A model generated the notes under the pieces. The model searched no databases. It saw nothing but the letters and a program-made list of their open reading frames with translations, and had not been told where the DNA came from. A stretch of 63,559 nt of DNA, filler included, from Nemertoderma westbladi (lineage: Eukaryota; Animalia; Xenacoelomorpha), in NCBI GenBank assembly GCA_032718475.1. It is 3 parts of 3 records of this genome, joined end to end, with 100 filler letters (N's around TTAATTAATTAA, not from the genome) between each part and the next. Parts side by side here need not be neighbours in the genome. Positions count along the whole stretch, not along the records: positions 1 to 27,175 come from JAUCBJ010003867.1; 2 more parts are not named here. One strand, given 5' to 3'. This document shows positions 1-12,195 of this stretch, piece by piece. How positions within the stretch are numbered: position 1 is the first letter of the stretch; every line of letters begins with the position of its first letter. The position numbers were made by a program, and so were the translations under genes.

Positions 1-617
1 ACAGGTTAGCTGGAAGATAGAACAGTGTGATAGGAGTCTAACAAACATACAGGTTAGCTGGAAGATAGAGCAGTGTGATAGGAGTCTAACAAACATACAG
101 GTTAGCTGGAAGATAGAGCAGTGTGATAAGAGTCTAACAAACATACAGGTTAGCTGGAAGATAGAGCAGTGTGATAGGAGTCTAACAAACATACAGGTTA
201 GCTGGAAGATAGAGCAGTGTGATAGGTGTCTAACAAACATACAGGTTAGCTGGAAGATAGAGCAGTGTGATAGGAGTCTAACAAACATACAGGTTAGCTG
301 GAAGATAGAGCAGTGTGATAGGAGTCTAACAAACATACAGGTGAGCTGGAAGATAGAACAGTGTGATAGGAGTCTAATAAACATACAGGTTAGCTGGAAG
401 ATAGATCAGTGTGATAGGAGTCTAACAAACATACAGGTTAGCTGGAAGATAGAACAGTGTGATAGGAGTCTAACAAACATACAGGTTAGCTGGAAGATAG
501 AACAGTGTGATAGGAGTCTAACAAACATAGAGGTTAGCTGGAAGATAGAGCAGTGTGACAGGAGTCTAACAAACATACAGGTTAGCTGGAAGATAGAACA
601 GTGTGATAGGAGTCTAA
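1..617. repeat. 48-bp tandem minisatellite/satellite, about 13 copies, runs off the left edge
   Basis: Unit ACAGGTTAGCTGGAAGATAGARCAGTGTGATAGGAGTCTAACAAACAT repeated head-to-tail with few substitutions; the ORF track shows the matching 16-aa period. Confidence 0.97.
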
Positions 618-1839
618 TACCCCCCATGAACCTTTTTTTAAAGTGGCTGTCAATTAGTGTTAAATGATAATATTGCTATTTTTGTCATGGTCAAACCACT
701 GTATGGAAGGCCAAATAGCCTTTATAGTAAAATTTGAAAATTTGTAGCCTCCCCCTAGCGGCTGGCGGTGGAATTCAAGATTTTCACTAAAATTGCTACT
801 AGTCCCTCAATTTTGGTCCAAATTTCTTGAAACCAACGTTTTTGGACTCAGCGTGATCGGACTCTACAAAAGTTATCTTATAGAATTTTTAAATTAGCCA
901 ATTTTATTTTAATTAATTAATTTAATTAATTCATTATCCTATTTTTAATTAAAAATGGGCAAATTAGAAAAAATCGTAATATTTATCAAAATTCCATAAG
1001 ATAACTTTTAAAGAGCTTCCAAAGCTCGTTCGAATGAGCCATAAACGAAGAAAATTGGTTCAAAAATGACGGAGGAGTAGTAATTTGAAAATGAAAAATG
1101 TCATTCCGAGAAAATGCCCTTCAAAGTTTAAACCGTCCCGCCAAAATTGGCTGTCTGTGGTCTGGTTGGTTAATTATTTCTGGCACGAAGGATGCACACC
1201 AATGAGCTAAAATGTTCATTACGGGGGTTTTTCGGGGTCGCTGATTTCATTTTCGATGTCAGTTTTAATTTTTGATGGAATCTAGTCTATCTGTCTGTCT
1301 GTCGGTCTTCTGTCTTTCTTACAATTTGACGGACAGACCGTCATACGGAAAAACAGTGATAACTCGAGAACTGAAATAGATCTCACTAAGCGGTTTTCAG
1401 ATTTGTAATCCTCATTAAATTCTGCTCTAGGTGAAATAAAGAAACAATAATTTGAAAATTTTACCTGAGTGGGGGTATAGCCCCCTTTAAACTTTTGTGG
1501 TCCCTCGCGTTGCCCTCTGTCTTTTTACATAAAAATACGACATTTGAAAATGTTGTAAATGCCCGGGTATACCCCCGCCCCCCCCCCCCCCCCCCCCCTT
1601 CAACCTTTTTGTACATGGCTGTAAATTGGGGGTAAATGTTAATATAGCCAATATCTATGATCGTCTCTATACAAAAATTTGAAAATACATTGTCTCCCCG
1701 TAGCGGCTGATGGCGGAATTAAAGATTTCACTAAGAGCGCTACATCGTACTCCCAAAATCTTAGTTCAATTTTTTTAAGACTCAACGCCATTTTCAACTC
1801 AAACAGTTATCTTATATAATTTTAACTAAACCCCTAACT

Positions 1840-2290
1840 TCGAGAGCTGTAGTTCTTGCTTGTTTTATATTTATATATTCCCTTTTTTGTAGTAGAAGAT
1901 GGCATTGTTACTGCACAGTTGGCCTCGATAGCGTTTCCCCATATGCTGTAGTTGGTGCGAACGTAAGATATGGGAGGATAAGTGTGTCGCTCGATGTGAG
2001 GCGAATTAATTGTATGGCGTCACGTGTTTAATCCTGCCAAGAATTCCTACATTTTTGGCAATTTTTAATCTGATGTATTGAATGTGCTTGTTAAATTTTA
2101 AATCGTTGGAAATTACAACTCAGAGAAACTTACTTTCGGCGAGAGAATCGGTTGATTGAACTGCCATTAAAAAAGAACTGGCTTATGGGGCTTTTATAGT
2201 CTTAAAAAATCAACAACATTTTGTTCGATTTCAGTGCAGAATTTGAATAGCGAGTCCGAATATGTAAGATGTAGCTTCTCACCATGATTA
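1840..2290 (-). mobile_element. Degenerate LINE ORF2 fragment (post-RT region, Crack/Daphne/CR1-like)
   Basis: Manual minus-strand translation gives KFL*VVISNDLKFNKHIQYIRLKIAKNVGILGRIKH...TLILPYL...YSIWG, matching the KFLG..L.W..HI..KI.K..GIL...PYL.Y...WG pattern; stops and frameshifts present; ends approximate. Confidence 0.65.
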
Positions 2291-3660
2291 CTTTTGGAGA
2301 TATGACGATTTAACTGGTATGATTTAATTTCAATCAAATTAACATTATGTTACCGAAAAAATGTGTTTCCTGAAAGATATACGTTAGACTAGATTTTGCC
2401 AAACATTAAAACTGACAACGGTATTGAAATCAGCGAAATAGAAATCAGTTTATTAAACCGGTATGTTGACAGGCATACCAACTGACAGACAGAACGACTG
2501 ACAGCCAGACAAGATTACTCCAAACATCAAAACTGACATAGGAATTACCGACATGAAAAACCTACATAGCGACAATTTTAGCTACGTCGTATGTTTTATT
2601 ATATTTTGACGTAGAAAATCAACAGATAAACGGACATGCATTTTACTTGGAATTTTTATTTATCGTTTTTTTCACGACTCGAAAGGCTTACTGCTCCGTT
2701 ATTTTTTAACCAAATTGTTTGAAATGTTCAGTCAATGCTCTTGACATGTTGACCAATAAACTTCTAGATAGAATTTTAAGTGTAAGTTGTGTTTTGGGCC
2801 GATAATGTGAAAAAAAATGAAAAGGTCAAATAACAACAATTTCCTATTATTTCAAGGGACAGGACGTTACGTGAAGTGTGGGTCAGGGAAATAACCAAAA
2901 TACGGTAGCAGCTGGGTTTTGGCAATATGGCTTTACTGTTTACTCATAAGTCAGAGATTCTCTGTGTAAAATTTGGGTTAAATCGGTCCAAAAATGGCGA
3001 TAGGGAAATGTGTTTGCCACTATGCCTCAAATGTGATAAGAACACAGCTGATTAAAATAATATTATAATTAGCAGTTGTTAATCCGATTCAACAATACAA
3101 TTCAAAAACAACACATCTTAACAAGTAATAAGTGTTAGTGTCCAGGGTGGTCCGATTAAACAAGCTATTTGAGTTATATATTACTAGGTATTGATAGATA
3201 ACATATAAATAAGATATAAATAAAACAGCATCCGGAGAGCTACCTTAAAGAAACAGCACAAATTATATGTCGATTTGATTGCATCAAATCCAAGCCTCGC
3301 AAAATTAGTTATTGAAAATACAAACAAACAGAATATAGAAATACGATATAAAAATTAAATAAATATAGAAAATTAAAATATAAATATTCTATTTTATAAT
3401 ACTAAAATTCTCACTTGGAGATAAATTGTAAGTTATTTTGACTGTTGGCATTGGGATTGAGTTAATGTTTATAAAATTGATACAACCTTTCTGCTACATC
3501 AAAACAACTTATCTCAGTCATTCATAATTTGATGTGGCGGTGTGAGTACAGGAATGTGCAAAGAAAATTTGAATGACGCACATTCCTTTCCTTTCCCGTA
3601 GGTAGGAGGTACCAGGGGTACCACTCTGGCTGCTTGATTATAAAACAGCACTCCGATGAT

Positions 3661-4664
3661 TTAGAGTTTGAGATGATTGGCAGCTCGCTTCGCTGCTATA
3701 AGTTTAGCCCATTTCTTATTGCGACCTTCACCGATAAAGGTTTTGTCAACTTTCGGGTCGTTTATGGTCAGTGAACAGATATAAACCCCTAATTCATCCG
3801 TAGATTTATTACACTGAAAATCAATCTTCCCCGGAAAAGTTTCCCATAATTTCCTTATGGGGTTCATAGGAATGTGCTCCATATGTTTGTTTATAACTTC
3901 CTTCATCATCTTGTAATAAACTCTCCAGACAACGTCCAGATCCATGCCGGAATCAACGTATATCGCCCCAGCCACTGACTCCCAAATATCCCCCAGCGGT
4001 TTCGGTGCAACAACGACCTCCCTGTAATCACACCCTTCTCCATTCGCATTGTCCTCATCGAACGCCGAAATATCCGCTTGGCTAATAAACGTGTCGATAT
4101 CTCGGTTGAGGATGGGAGATATATGCATCAAGAATTTATTAAACTCGTGTCGACAAGCCAGTTTAGCGAAGAGTTCGTTGTTAACGAGAGACGAACGCAA
4201 GTCAGTCAACCTCCCGGGATCTAAATCTGGGTCGCCGAAGTTAAAAATATACTTAGTCAGCAAAAAATCTAGAATGGAATCCCCGAGAAATTCTAATCGC
4301 TCATAACTATTGGTAACGCGGTTAAATTTGTAACTTGGGTGGGTAAAGGCCTCGACTATGTACCCTTTTTGTTTGAATGTGTAGCCAATAGTTTTTTCGA
4401 AGGTGTCTATGAATCGTTTCGTGTATAACTTCTCCAGGTTCTCCATACACATTGTTGTATCATTTTGCCGCCAGATGAATTCGGCACATTCCGTCGCCGA
4501 CCTCAATGGGATCCCGATATCCAGCCAGTTCATCAGCAACATTGCCGCCTCCTCCCCACAGTTCCTCCAGTAACAGCCAATCAGAGCCTCGACGCAATCA
4601 GCTACGCTCTTGTCGGATATATCTTGGTAGTAAACACTTCTTAGATCCGTTGCGATTGAGAGCG
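3661..4664 (-). CDS. Dicer: Dicer, coding exon 2 (end of RNase IIIa, RNase IIIb, dsRBD)
   Basis: Acceptor ttttatttatctcAG at 4666-4665; in-frame ISDKSVADCVEALIGCY upstream of the listed ORF, then AFTHPSY, ERLEFLGDSILD, PKPLGDIWESVAGAIYVDSG and C-terminal dsRBD (NPIRKL...GEGRNKKWAKLIAAKRA); stop at 3661. Confidence 0.96.
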
Positions 4665-5110
4665 CTGAGATAAATAAAAATTAGATAATTATCTGATCTA
4701 CCTAGAAAAGCAAGCGAAATTTTCTAAACTTTAACTTTAAAATTAAACAAAAAGACCTGATCCAGGATCGAACCTAGTACTTTCTAGGTACTCATTTTAC
4801 ATGTACTCATTGCACTTATTTTACCGAGTGAGATCGCTCAATGAGTATAAACTCAATCTCAAAATAACTCCGAATATATAAAATTGAGATAAATCCCAAA
4901 AACAACAAGAAGCATTATTTTTGAGGGTTTCTCATCCCTACAACTACTTACCTCTATAAAGGTAGGCAGTTTCGTTATTAATAGGGTTTTCCATTAAAGT
5001 GTAGTTGTTATAAATTAATTTATTACTAACTTAACCATGTTTTGTCCATTCATATGTACACGTTTACATGCCTTGTACAACATATTCATTCATATTGAGT
5101 GTCTACTTAC

Positions 5111-8100
5111 CTTTTCCTAGACTGCCCATAGTTATATCTGCTGATTGACCGCATGGTTCGGAGTGACAAAGATCATAGCCAGGGGGAATCCAATTCTTAT
5201 ATTTACTAAACATTTGAGTCTGCATAAGTTCTGGAAGATTTTTTACAATTGCCTTTTTATAGAGATGAGCGTTTTTAATAATGGAACTTCTTTTTTTGGT
5301 CAGTTTGCCTTCCTCATAATCATCCTTTCTAGCATACAGATAAACAGAAGTCTTGTACTTCAGTACCGAATCTCCAATCATTTCCATGCGTTCCAGGTTG
5401 TACTCTTCTCCAGCACTGGTTGTTGTAATGGCCTTGAGGACCTCGAAAGATGAAACATCCATTGGAATGATGAGGTCCTCCTTTAATAACACTTGTAGAC
5501 TTTCATTCTTGATTCTGTTGGATAACTCCTCAGCTATAAGTATACTGCTAATTCGGTTGAGGATCCTCGGGAGCAGAAGTAACCGCTTGTAAAGTGTTAT
5601 TGGGACTGGGAGAATAGAAATGAGTTCTGGGATAAGGTAGATAGCATTCCTCACATTTTTGTCCTTCTTTTCTCCCTTTTCACCTAAAAGGTTATGAACA
5701 TAACTCGATTTAATCAGGGGTTGTTGAGGGTATTTAATGGTAACATGGTACTTTTTTGAGTAGTATGACCCAAATGTCACATTTTTTTCCATCTCACTTT
5801 CAGTGTCCATTCCCAACATTACTTCTTTTGCATAAAATATTTCATTGTTGCCATAGTTTTTCTTTACAACAGCATCTTTCATGATACTGACAATGTCATC
5901 ATTGGGATCAAAATTCCAGAAGCAGATATCCTTCTGTATGACTTTCTGAACGGATTGTTCAGATATAGTATAATTATCGTCACCAGATCGTATTAAAGGA
6001 ACAATACAAAATCCAAATGGTGAGGATTCTGGGAGGAATTTAAGATTGGTCTGAGATTTAAAAGAAAGAATCTCATCAAAAATGTACTGATGAAATACAG
6101 AATAATTTTTCACATCCTCTTGTGATATTATAATTGATTTGGGCGGGTTTATGGAGAATTTAATGTCACTCTTACCTTTCAAGGTAAGATTATTCATTGT
6201 TGGGATAGAATACCTATCGAGTGGCTCTAATAATAATATACCTAAGTGACACCCATCCTCATCCAGGGGTCTATCAATAGCTTCTGACTCATACAAAGGG
6301 ATTGGATAGATGTACACTTTCATATGTGGTTGAGGCCAAGTTTGTTTTAACACCTCTGGAAAATTTTTATTGTATTGCACCGACCTCTTCTTGGTCCCAT
6401 GTTTACCATCCCGTAAGAGGATAACATTATTGTTATCACCGTCATCATCTTCAGTATCGCTGTCTTCTAACTTAAGCAACACTCGGAGGTGGTCATCTAA
6501 ATGTTGTTCTCTATGGAGGTATTTGCATGCCTCAAAAGAAACCCTCATTTTCCCCAATCGCTTATTTGGCATTGGAAATTCTATGGAACTAAACTCCTTT
6601 CGCTGACATGGTAATTTATTGGGTAAGACCAATACTACATATACTTTGTTATCCCTGTCTCTGTAATATGTATAAGCTGGCTCAATTACATTGTACTTAT
6701 CTGAATACTTCCCACAATATTTATTTAAAAGTGCAATTGATGAACTCATTCGAATACTAGCATTGTTGTTTATATGATACACATCAGCATATGAATCACT
6801 GTCATTTATTGGAATGTATGTAGCATCGTCCCCATCACAACCATATTGGTCTAATTTTTTTTGACAAACAGTCAAAATTTCAGAAGATACTTGGTCATAT
6901 TTGTTAATTTCACCTGCTGTTTGTCTACCATAACCTATCATTACCATGGAAATATATTTGCTAGGGTAATATCTTGCCCTTCCTATACTTTGCTTAAATG
7001 ATTTAAAATGTGTTGGAAGATCAAAACGAATAACTAAGTTGCAGTCTGGGATGTCAATCCCCTCCTCCAGCACACTAGTGGATACAAGAAGGTTTAGTTC
7101 ACTGCCATTTCTAAATTTATCTAGAAGTTTCATTTGTGTTTTATATGCCGATTCAACCACATCAAGTGGAGTGTTCCCAGTCTTATAGTCCCCAAGGCCA
7201 ACTTGCCCAGTGACAAAATTGCATTTTATCTGTGTAGATTGACAATGAAAGTCCACCATTTGAGCTAACACAAATGCTGTTGACCTCCTTTCCACAAAGA
7301 CAATAGACCGCATCTCTTTGCTAATGCCACTCTTGTAAGCTATCTCTCTGTTCAATATATCCAGAAGCTTTTCGAATTTGGATGAAGAAACAACATTTAT
7401 TGGATTTAATGCTTCATTCTCTACTCTTGTGATTATGTTGCTGAATATTTCAAGACATTGTTGTTCAGTAGATGTGGAGAAACTAACCTCTTGTACTTTC
7501 TGTTTATGATGTTCTACAAGAATACAGAGCCCCACACTTCCAAGCTGTTTTAATATTTCCTGAAGATCCTTCACCTTTCTAATGTACTCCTTCTTCAAAC
7601 TTAACTGCTCTTCAAAAGTGTTAAACTCGGTTTTATCAAGAACAATTTCATCCACAGACTGCAAGCCTTCACATAAGATGTCGTAAAACTGGGAATATTC
7701 CAAATTTGATAAACCAAATGCTTCATAATATTCTACAGATCTGGTTGCTCTAGTCCCCAGCAAGCATTGTTTATGTTGGTAATTTGGTAAAGTTATTATC
7801 GTGGAATCCAGCATCATTTCAAGAGCACCAATCTTATTTTCAACCTCAAGAGCATTACAATTACCATTAATTAGAGGAGCTGACAGGCCAATTATATGTG
7901 GTGTAGGTCTATCATTGTTTTTTGTTTCTCTGTATAGATTCATAATCTTTGCGTATGGGCTATCCTTTGTAGCAGCATGACATTCGTCTAACACCAATAA
8001 ATTAAATTTTGATAAGTGCATGTAACCTTTCTCTATAACATCAACCAGCACTTGTGGAGTCATTACAAACACATCATTTGAGTTTATTTTTTCATTCCAT

Positions 8101-8414
8101 TTTCTTTCATTCCAATTGTCCACTCCATCAACCCCACAATATTTAACAACTGTGCACATAAGGTGCTTCCTCAAATATTCCGTTTGCTGGTATGCCAAGA
8201 AATTAGTTGGTACAATAAACAAAGTTTTCAATCCCATCATTCTGATTTCATATGATTTCTCTATTATCACCAGCACAGATATGTATGTCTTGCCTACTCC
8301 TGTGTTTGCAGCAATAATACTATTTTGAGAAAGAGCCTTTTCAGCCAGGTCCAGTTGATAACCCCTTGGTATAATTTCATCAGTCGGACATCCATTGTTA
8401 GCTGATTCTCCCAT
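5111..8414 (-). CDS. Dicer: Dicer, coding exon 1 (DExD/H helicase, DUF283, platform-PAZ, start of RNase IIIa)
   Basis: PRGYQ, Walker A TGVGKT, LDECH, EEGIDIPDCNLVIRFD, QSIGRAR, SIALLNKYC (DUF283), YYSKKY..I.YPQQPLI/YLIPEL (PAZ), ERMEMIGDSVLK; donor AG|GTAAGT at 5110; the phase-1 intron 4665-5110 joins in frame to exon 2 (3304+1004 nt = 1435 aa + stop); in-frame TAA upstream of the ATG. Confidence 0.96.
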
Positions 8415-9335
8415 TATGCCCCTTCCTTCAAGATATTATAAATACCGGTATATCAGCAACATCTGTATAGAAAGATATTCGTCATCTCACTTTCCCCTCT
8501 AAGAACTTATAGCAAAGGTTGCTGCATACAGTAGGTAAAAACTATCCCACTATCAAATACAGTATATATAAATTGTTAGTGTTTTTTGACATTCAAACAG
8601 TACCTAAGAAAATAAGCAATAACAATGATAATTAAAACATTTGCAAGCAATTTGTGACATGGACAGTTTCCATATTATATCTATTTATTACATGGAAAAA
8701 ATAGCAATTTTTCCGTGGTAAGGTAACCCTGAGTGTTTGTTTGTTTCTCAATAAATAGATATCTGTCAGTGTCCGTCTGTATATGTGAGGTTTTCCGAAC
8801 AATGATGATAAAACATCAAGGGAGATTATAAGGAATACAAGGCTATTTTATTTTATATGAAATTTTATTCTTCAGATTGCCCTGCTCCTTCTCCTTGCTG
8901 CCTTGTGCCATGATAACTTGGCTGGCTTTTTCAGGGATTTTCGGCAGTCAAGATGGTTGTGGTTGGTCACCACTAGACATCATTGTACGGATTTGCGGCG
9001 CGGGTGGCGGGGGGGGGTTGGGTGTGTTTACTTATCATCTCGAACAGGTTCCCATGGGAAATCTTAGATCTTGAACCTCTAGAGTGAGATAAAAAGCAAT
9101 TTGGTAATAAAAATGAAAGGAACAGTCATTGTTAGTGTTGTCAAATATATTGCAACTATCAATTAATTAGTTCCACCAAAAGATTTCAATATGCTAGATA
9201 GTCTCTATAATAGGCCTATAAAACAAAATAATAGCTTTAAATTAAAATAAGTTCAACAATTTGTGCATAATTGTATATCATTTATATTATTCAATATATA
9301 TTTGCAATTTGCAAAAAATACCAATATCTTCCTAG

Positions 9336-9488
9336 ACAAGAGAATTGGCAGCTCGGAAACAAATGGAAACCAGCAACGCATTACTCACAGAATGCAGAAG
9401 AGAATTGGATGAATATCGGAACCAAATGATTAGTATGCAGGCCGACTTAAGGTTCTACCAGGAGAAACTGACAAAACAAACAGCTGAG
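9336..9488 (+). CDS. Internal exon of an unidentified coiled-coil protein gene
   Basis: cttcctAG acceptor, GAG|GTTTGT donor, 153 nt open in phase 0: TRELAARKQMETSNALLTECRRELDEYRNQMISMQADLRFYQEKLTKQTAE (heptad-like). Confidence 0.72.
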
Positions 9489-11010
9489 GTTTGTGCAATA
9501 TAGTATATTGATATTTGGTTGCCCCTTGACCCCATCTGCCCATTGATCGCTTAAGGTAATTTATTTGTCTGTTCAGTACAGGTAGTGAGTTTCTGTACCC
9601 GGTACCTAATATTATAGTCCGGCAGCCACGTACCTCTTTTTGGCCTAACCGAAATTTTTTGGACGGATTACATTTTTTAGATGTTTTGGTGTCTAGGGGT
9701 CCCTCTTAACATAAAAAGTGATTTATGGACTTTGACACCTTGGGCAATTTGAATTAATGACCCGTTTCTATGGACTACAGTAATTTCTATGAAATCTTAG
9801 CGATCAGAATGGCGATTAACTGTTAGGCTTGAAGTGGTTGTAATTTTGATCCAAAATATGAAAATTTTAGAGAAACTATTGAAGTGTTGCTATGGTAACG
9901 AAGGCACTACAGCTATCGCTCTATCTTTCCAAATGAAAAACTACTATGCCTACTGACACTCATGTGTTTTTTGTTTCGTTTCAGCACTTTATTAATAATA
10001 TGTTTCCGCAATTAATATGCACCACATCAATTTTGTGTACAAGTATGGTTAGCAACAAATACATGTATTCATGGAAACCACAGTAATTTATTGCGGACAT
10101 CACATCTGAAGCATTTAAAACCTTGACAGAAATTTAATACCTTAAGATGTATATATAAATAATTTGTCTCCTGCTTGTTTGTAACACTTTTTTAATGCTA
10201 AATATACAAAATTAAGTTAATGCATGGCGAATATGGAGACTATACATTTTATATTATTCATTGTTTGATTATAATACAATATGAGATTACGAAAAGTTTG
10301 CGCATTAATCTTTATTGCAGTTGCAAAATTCTGTGCAATCAGGTTGGTTTTTTCTGCAGGTGCACTTCTGCGATTTACACAGGATTTTGGATGAACAGTT
10401 ACACCGAATTAATTGCAAAATTCATTCCGGAGCTGGTGGTATGCCCTCAGGGATTACAATCGGTGAAAGTTGATTGTTAGCTATTCTCCACCCATATTTT
10501 CTGGGGTCTACACTAGGTGGTCTAACTGTGTTCTCCATTGTGTTCTTCCACACCATTACTTGCAAATGGGCCCTTTTCACGTTCTCTGAGGAGTCAGTGG
10601 TTGGTGGAATTGTTTGCAGCTTTGCACAGCTGGTGCCATACCGGTATTTCAATCAAAACTGCATCCCGTATCAGTACATATACATTACATAATTACAATG
10701 CAACATTATTTTAATGATCAAATTAATTATTTTAAGTATTATAAGCAGGGATCGCACACGTACAGTCACACATCAGTAGTTACTTTTTGCGGTAGTGGTA
10801 TGGCCTGATGGCTTTGCGGTAGTAGCCTTACTGCCTTAGCGGTGTATACCGCGGTAGTGGTAGTTGAGTTATCGCTGTACGGTATAGTTCATTCATACCC
10901 ATACCTAGGGCCCATACCTGTGGTATTTTCGTATGGCAAAAATAAGACTACTGTAAACTGTAACCTATTATGTTATTGAGTTAATGTTTATTGACAAATT
11001 GTTTTGATTG

Positions 11011-11427
11011 GGTTCACTGTGTCAAGTACAATGCACACATCTCCAACCAGACACTATATAACATTGGAGTTGGAGGTGTCTCATTGGTTCCCCCAAGCTT
11101 GACAATAGAACAAAGCCGCCTCCGCTTTGCAGGACATTGCTTTCACCGTGAGGACCAGCAAGTGCACCTCATGGAGTGAATAAGCATGGTGGACAGCCCA
11201 TGACTTTCTTGAGACGCATCTTTCTTACTGTCTCAAAGGACACTAGCCTTGAAGATACGGATGATCTAGCAAATGTCATGGGTGATAAGGCTGTAAGAGT
11301 GTAAGGAAGTTGGGGAGGCGCACTTTTGTCAACAAGCCGGCACAGCATTCTTAACACTGTAATAGGGCCTATATATATAATGCAGCTGCAATGCAGCATG
11401 CCGATTGCTGGATTGTAGTTAGTAGTA
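11011..11427 (+). mobile_element. 5'-truncated RTE-clade LINE 3' fragment nested in the Academ element
   Basis: RLRFAGHCF.R motif; near-identical to 35921-36357, 41041-41307 and the 3' end of 43535-45173. Confidence 0.85.
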
Positions 11428-12060
11428 TGTGGTGATAGGGCTCCTTCAATTGGTAAAGTCAAAAGTGGCCGTTTATTGTTTTAGTTAGAAAAGCCTGCCT
11501 CTGTAACATGTTCCTTTCCATCAATTGGTTTATGACGTGTGTTACTTCTGTACTTATTATGTGGAGACCACAACACGTTAATCAGTTAATCCCCTTTCAT
11601 TATCCAGCCGTTTTAAAATACCCTTCCTGTTGTATGGAAAAATTAGAAGAGATGGTGGTAGCATCAACTTTGTAGTATTTCTTTCTGATAGGGCTCCCAT
11701 CAGCCCGCCCATAGGCTTAGACGAAATCGTAGCTTGTACTGTGTACTGTACAGCTGTAGTTAGCCTTAGCAGCAGCTGCAGTTGGCAAACCTGGCATTGC
11801 TACCAGTTTCCACCAAATATAATTTGTAATTAAATATTTATTGGAGCATAATCTAATCTAGTCCTAAAGACTCTAAAGTCCTCCCTAAAGTCGGGTACAT
11901 AGGGCCTAAGGCTGTAAGGTTAGACATAACATGAATGTAAACTAAACAATATGCTAAAAGTAAAGTACAACGTACCTAGAATGCTAGAATGTACAGATGT
12001 AGGCCTACCATTATATTCTAAGTACAGCACACTGAAGATACAGGGTCCTACTAAATACTA

Positions 12061-12195
12061 CAAAAAGCACAAAACAAGCACAAAAAAGCACAAAAAAGTC
12101 AAGAAAAGCACAAAAAAGCACAAAAAAAGCACAAAAAAGCACAACAAAAGTAAAAAAAAGCACAAAAAAGTAAAAAAAAAAGCACAAAAAAGCAA
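12061..12195. repeat. A-rich simple repeat, approx. (AAAAAAGCAC)n
   Basis: Directly visible degenerate ~10-bp unit; explains the Lys-rich and Phe-rich spurious ORFs. Confidence 0.9.

Noticed and set aside
1-617. CRISPR-like regular repeat
   Set aside because: Units are contiguous with no unique spacers, there are no cas genes, and the context is eukaryotic.
3661-4542. Separate stand-alone RNase III (Drosha- or bacterial-like) gene
   Set aside because: Splices in frame to the upstream helicase-PAZ exon through a canonical GT-AG intron; it is Dicer exon 2.
8876-9074. Possible exon after the ttcttcAG acceptor (IALLLLLAALCH...)
   Set aside because: No convincing donor or domain similarity, and it runs into a poly-G tract; cannot be supported as coding.
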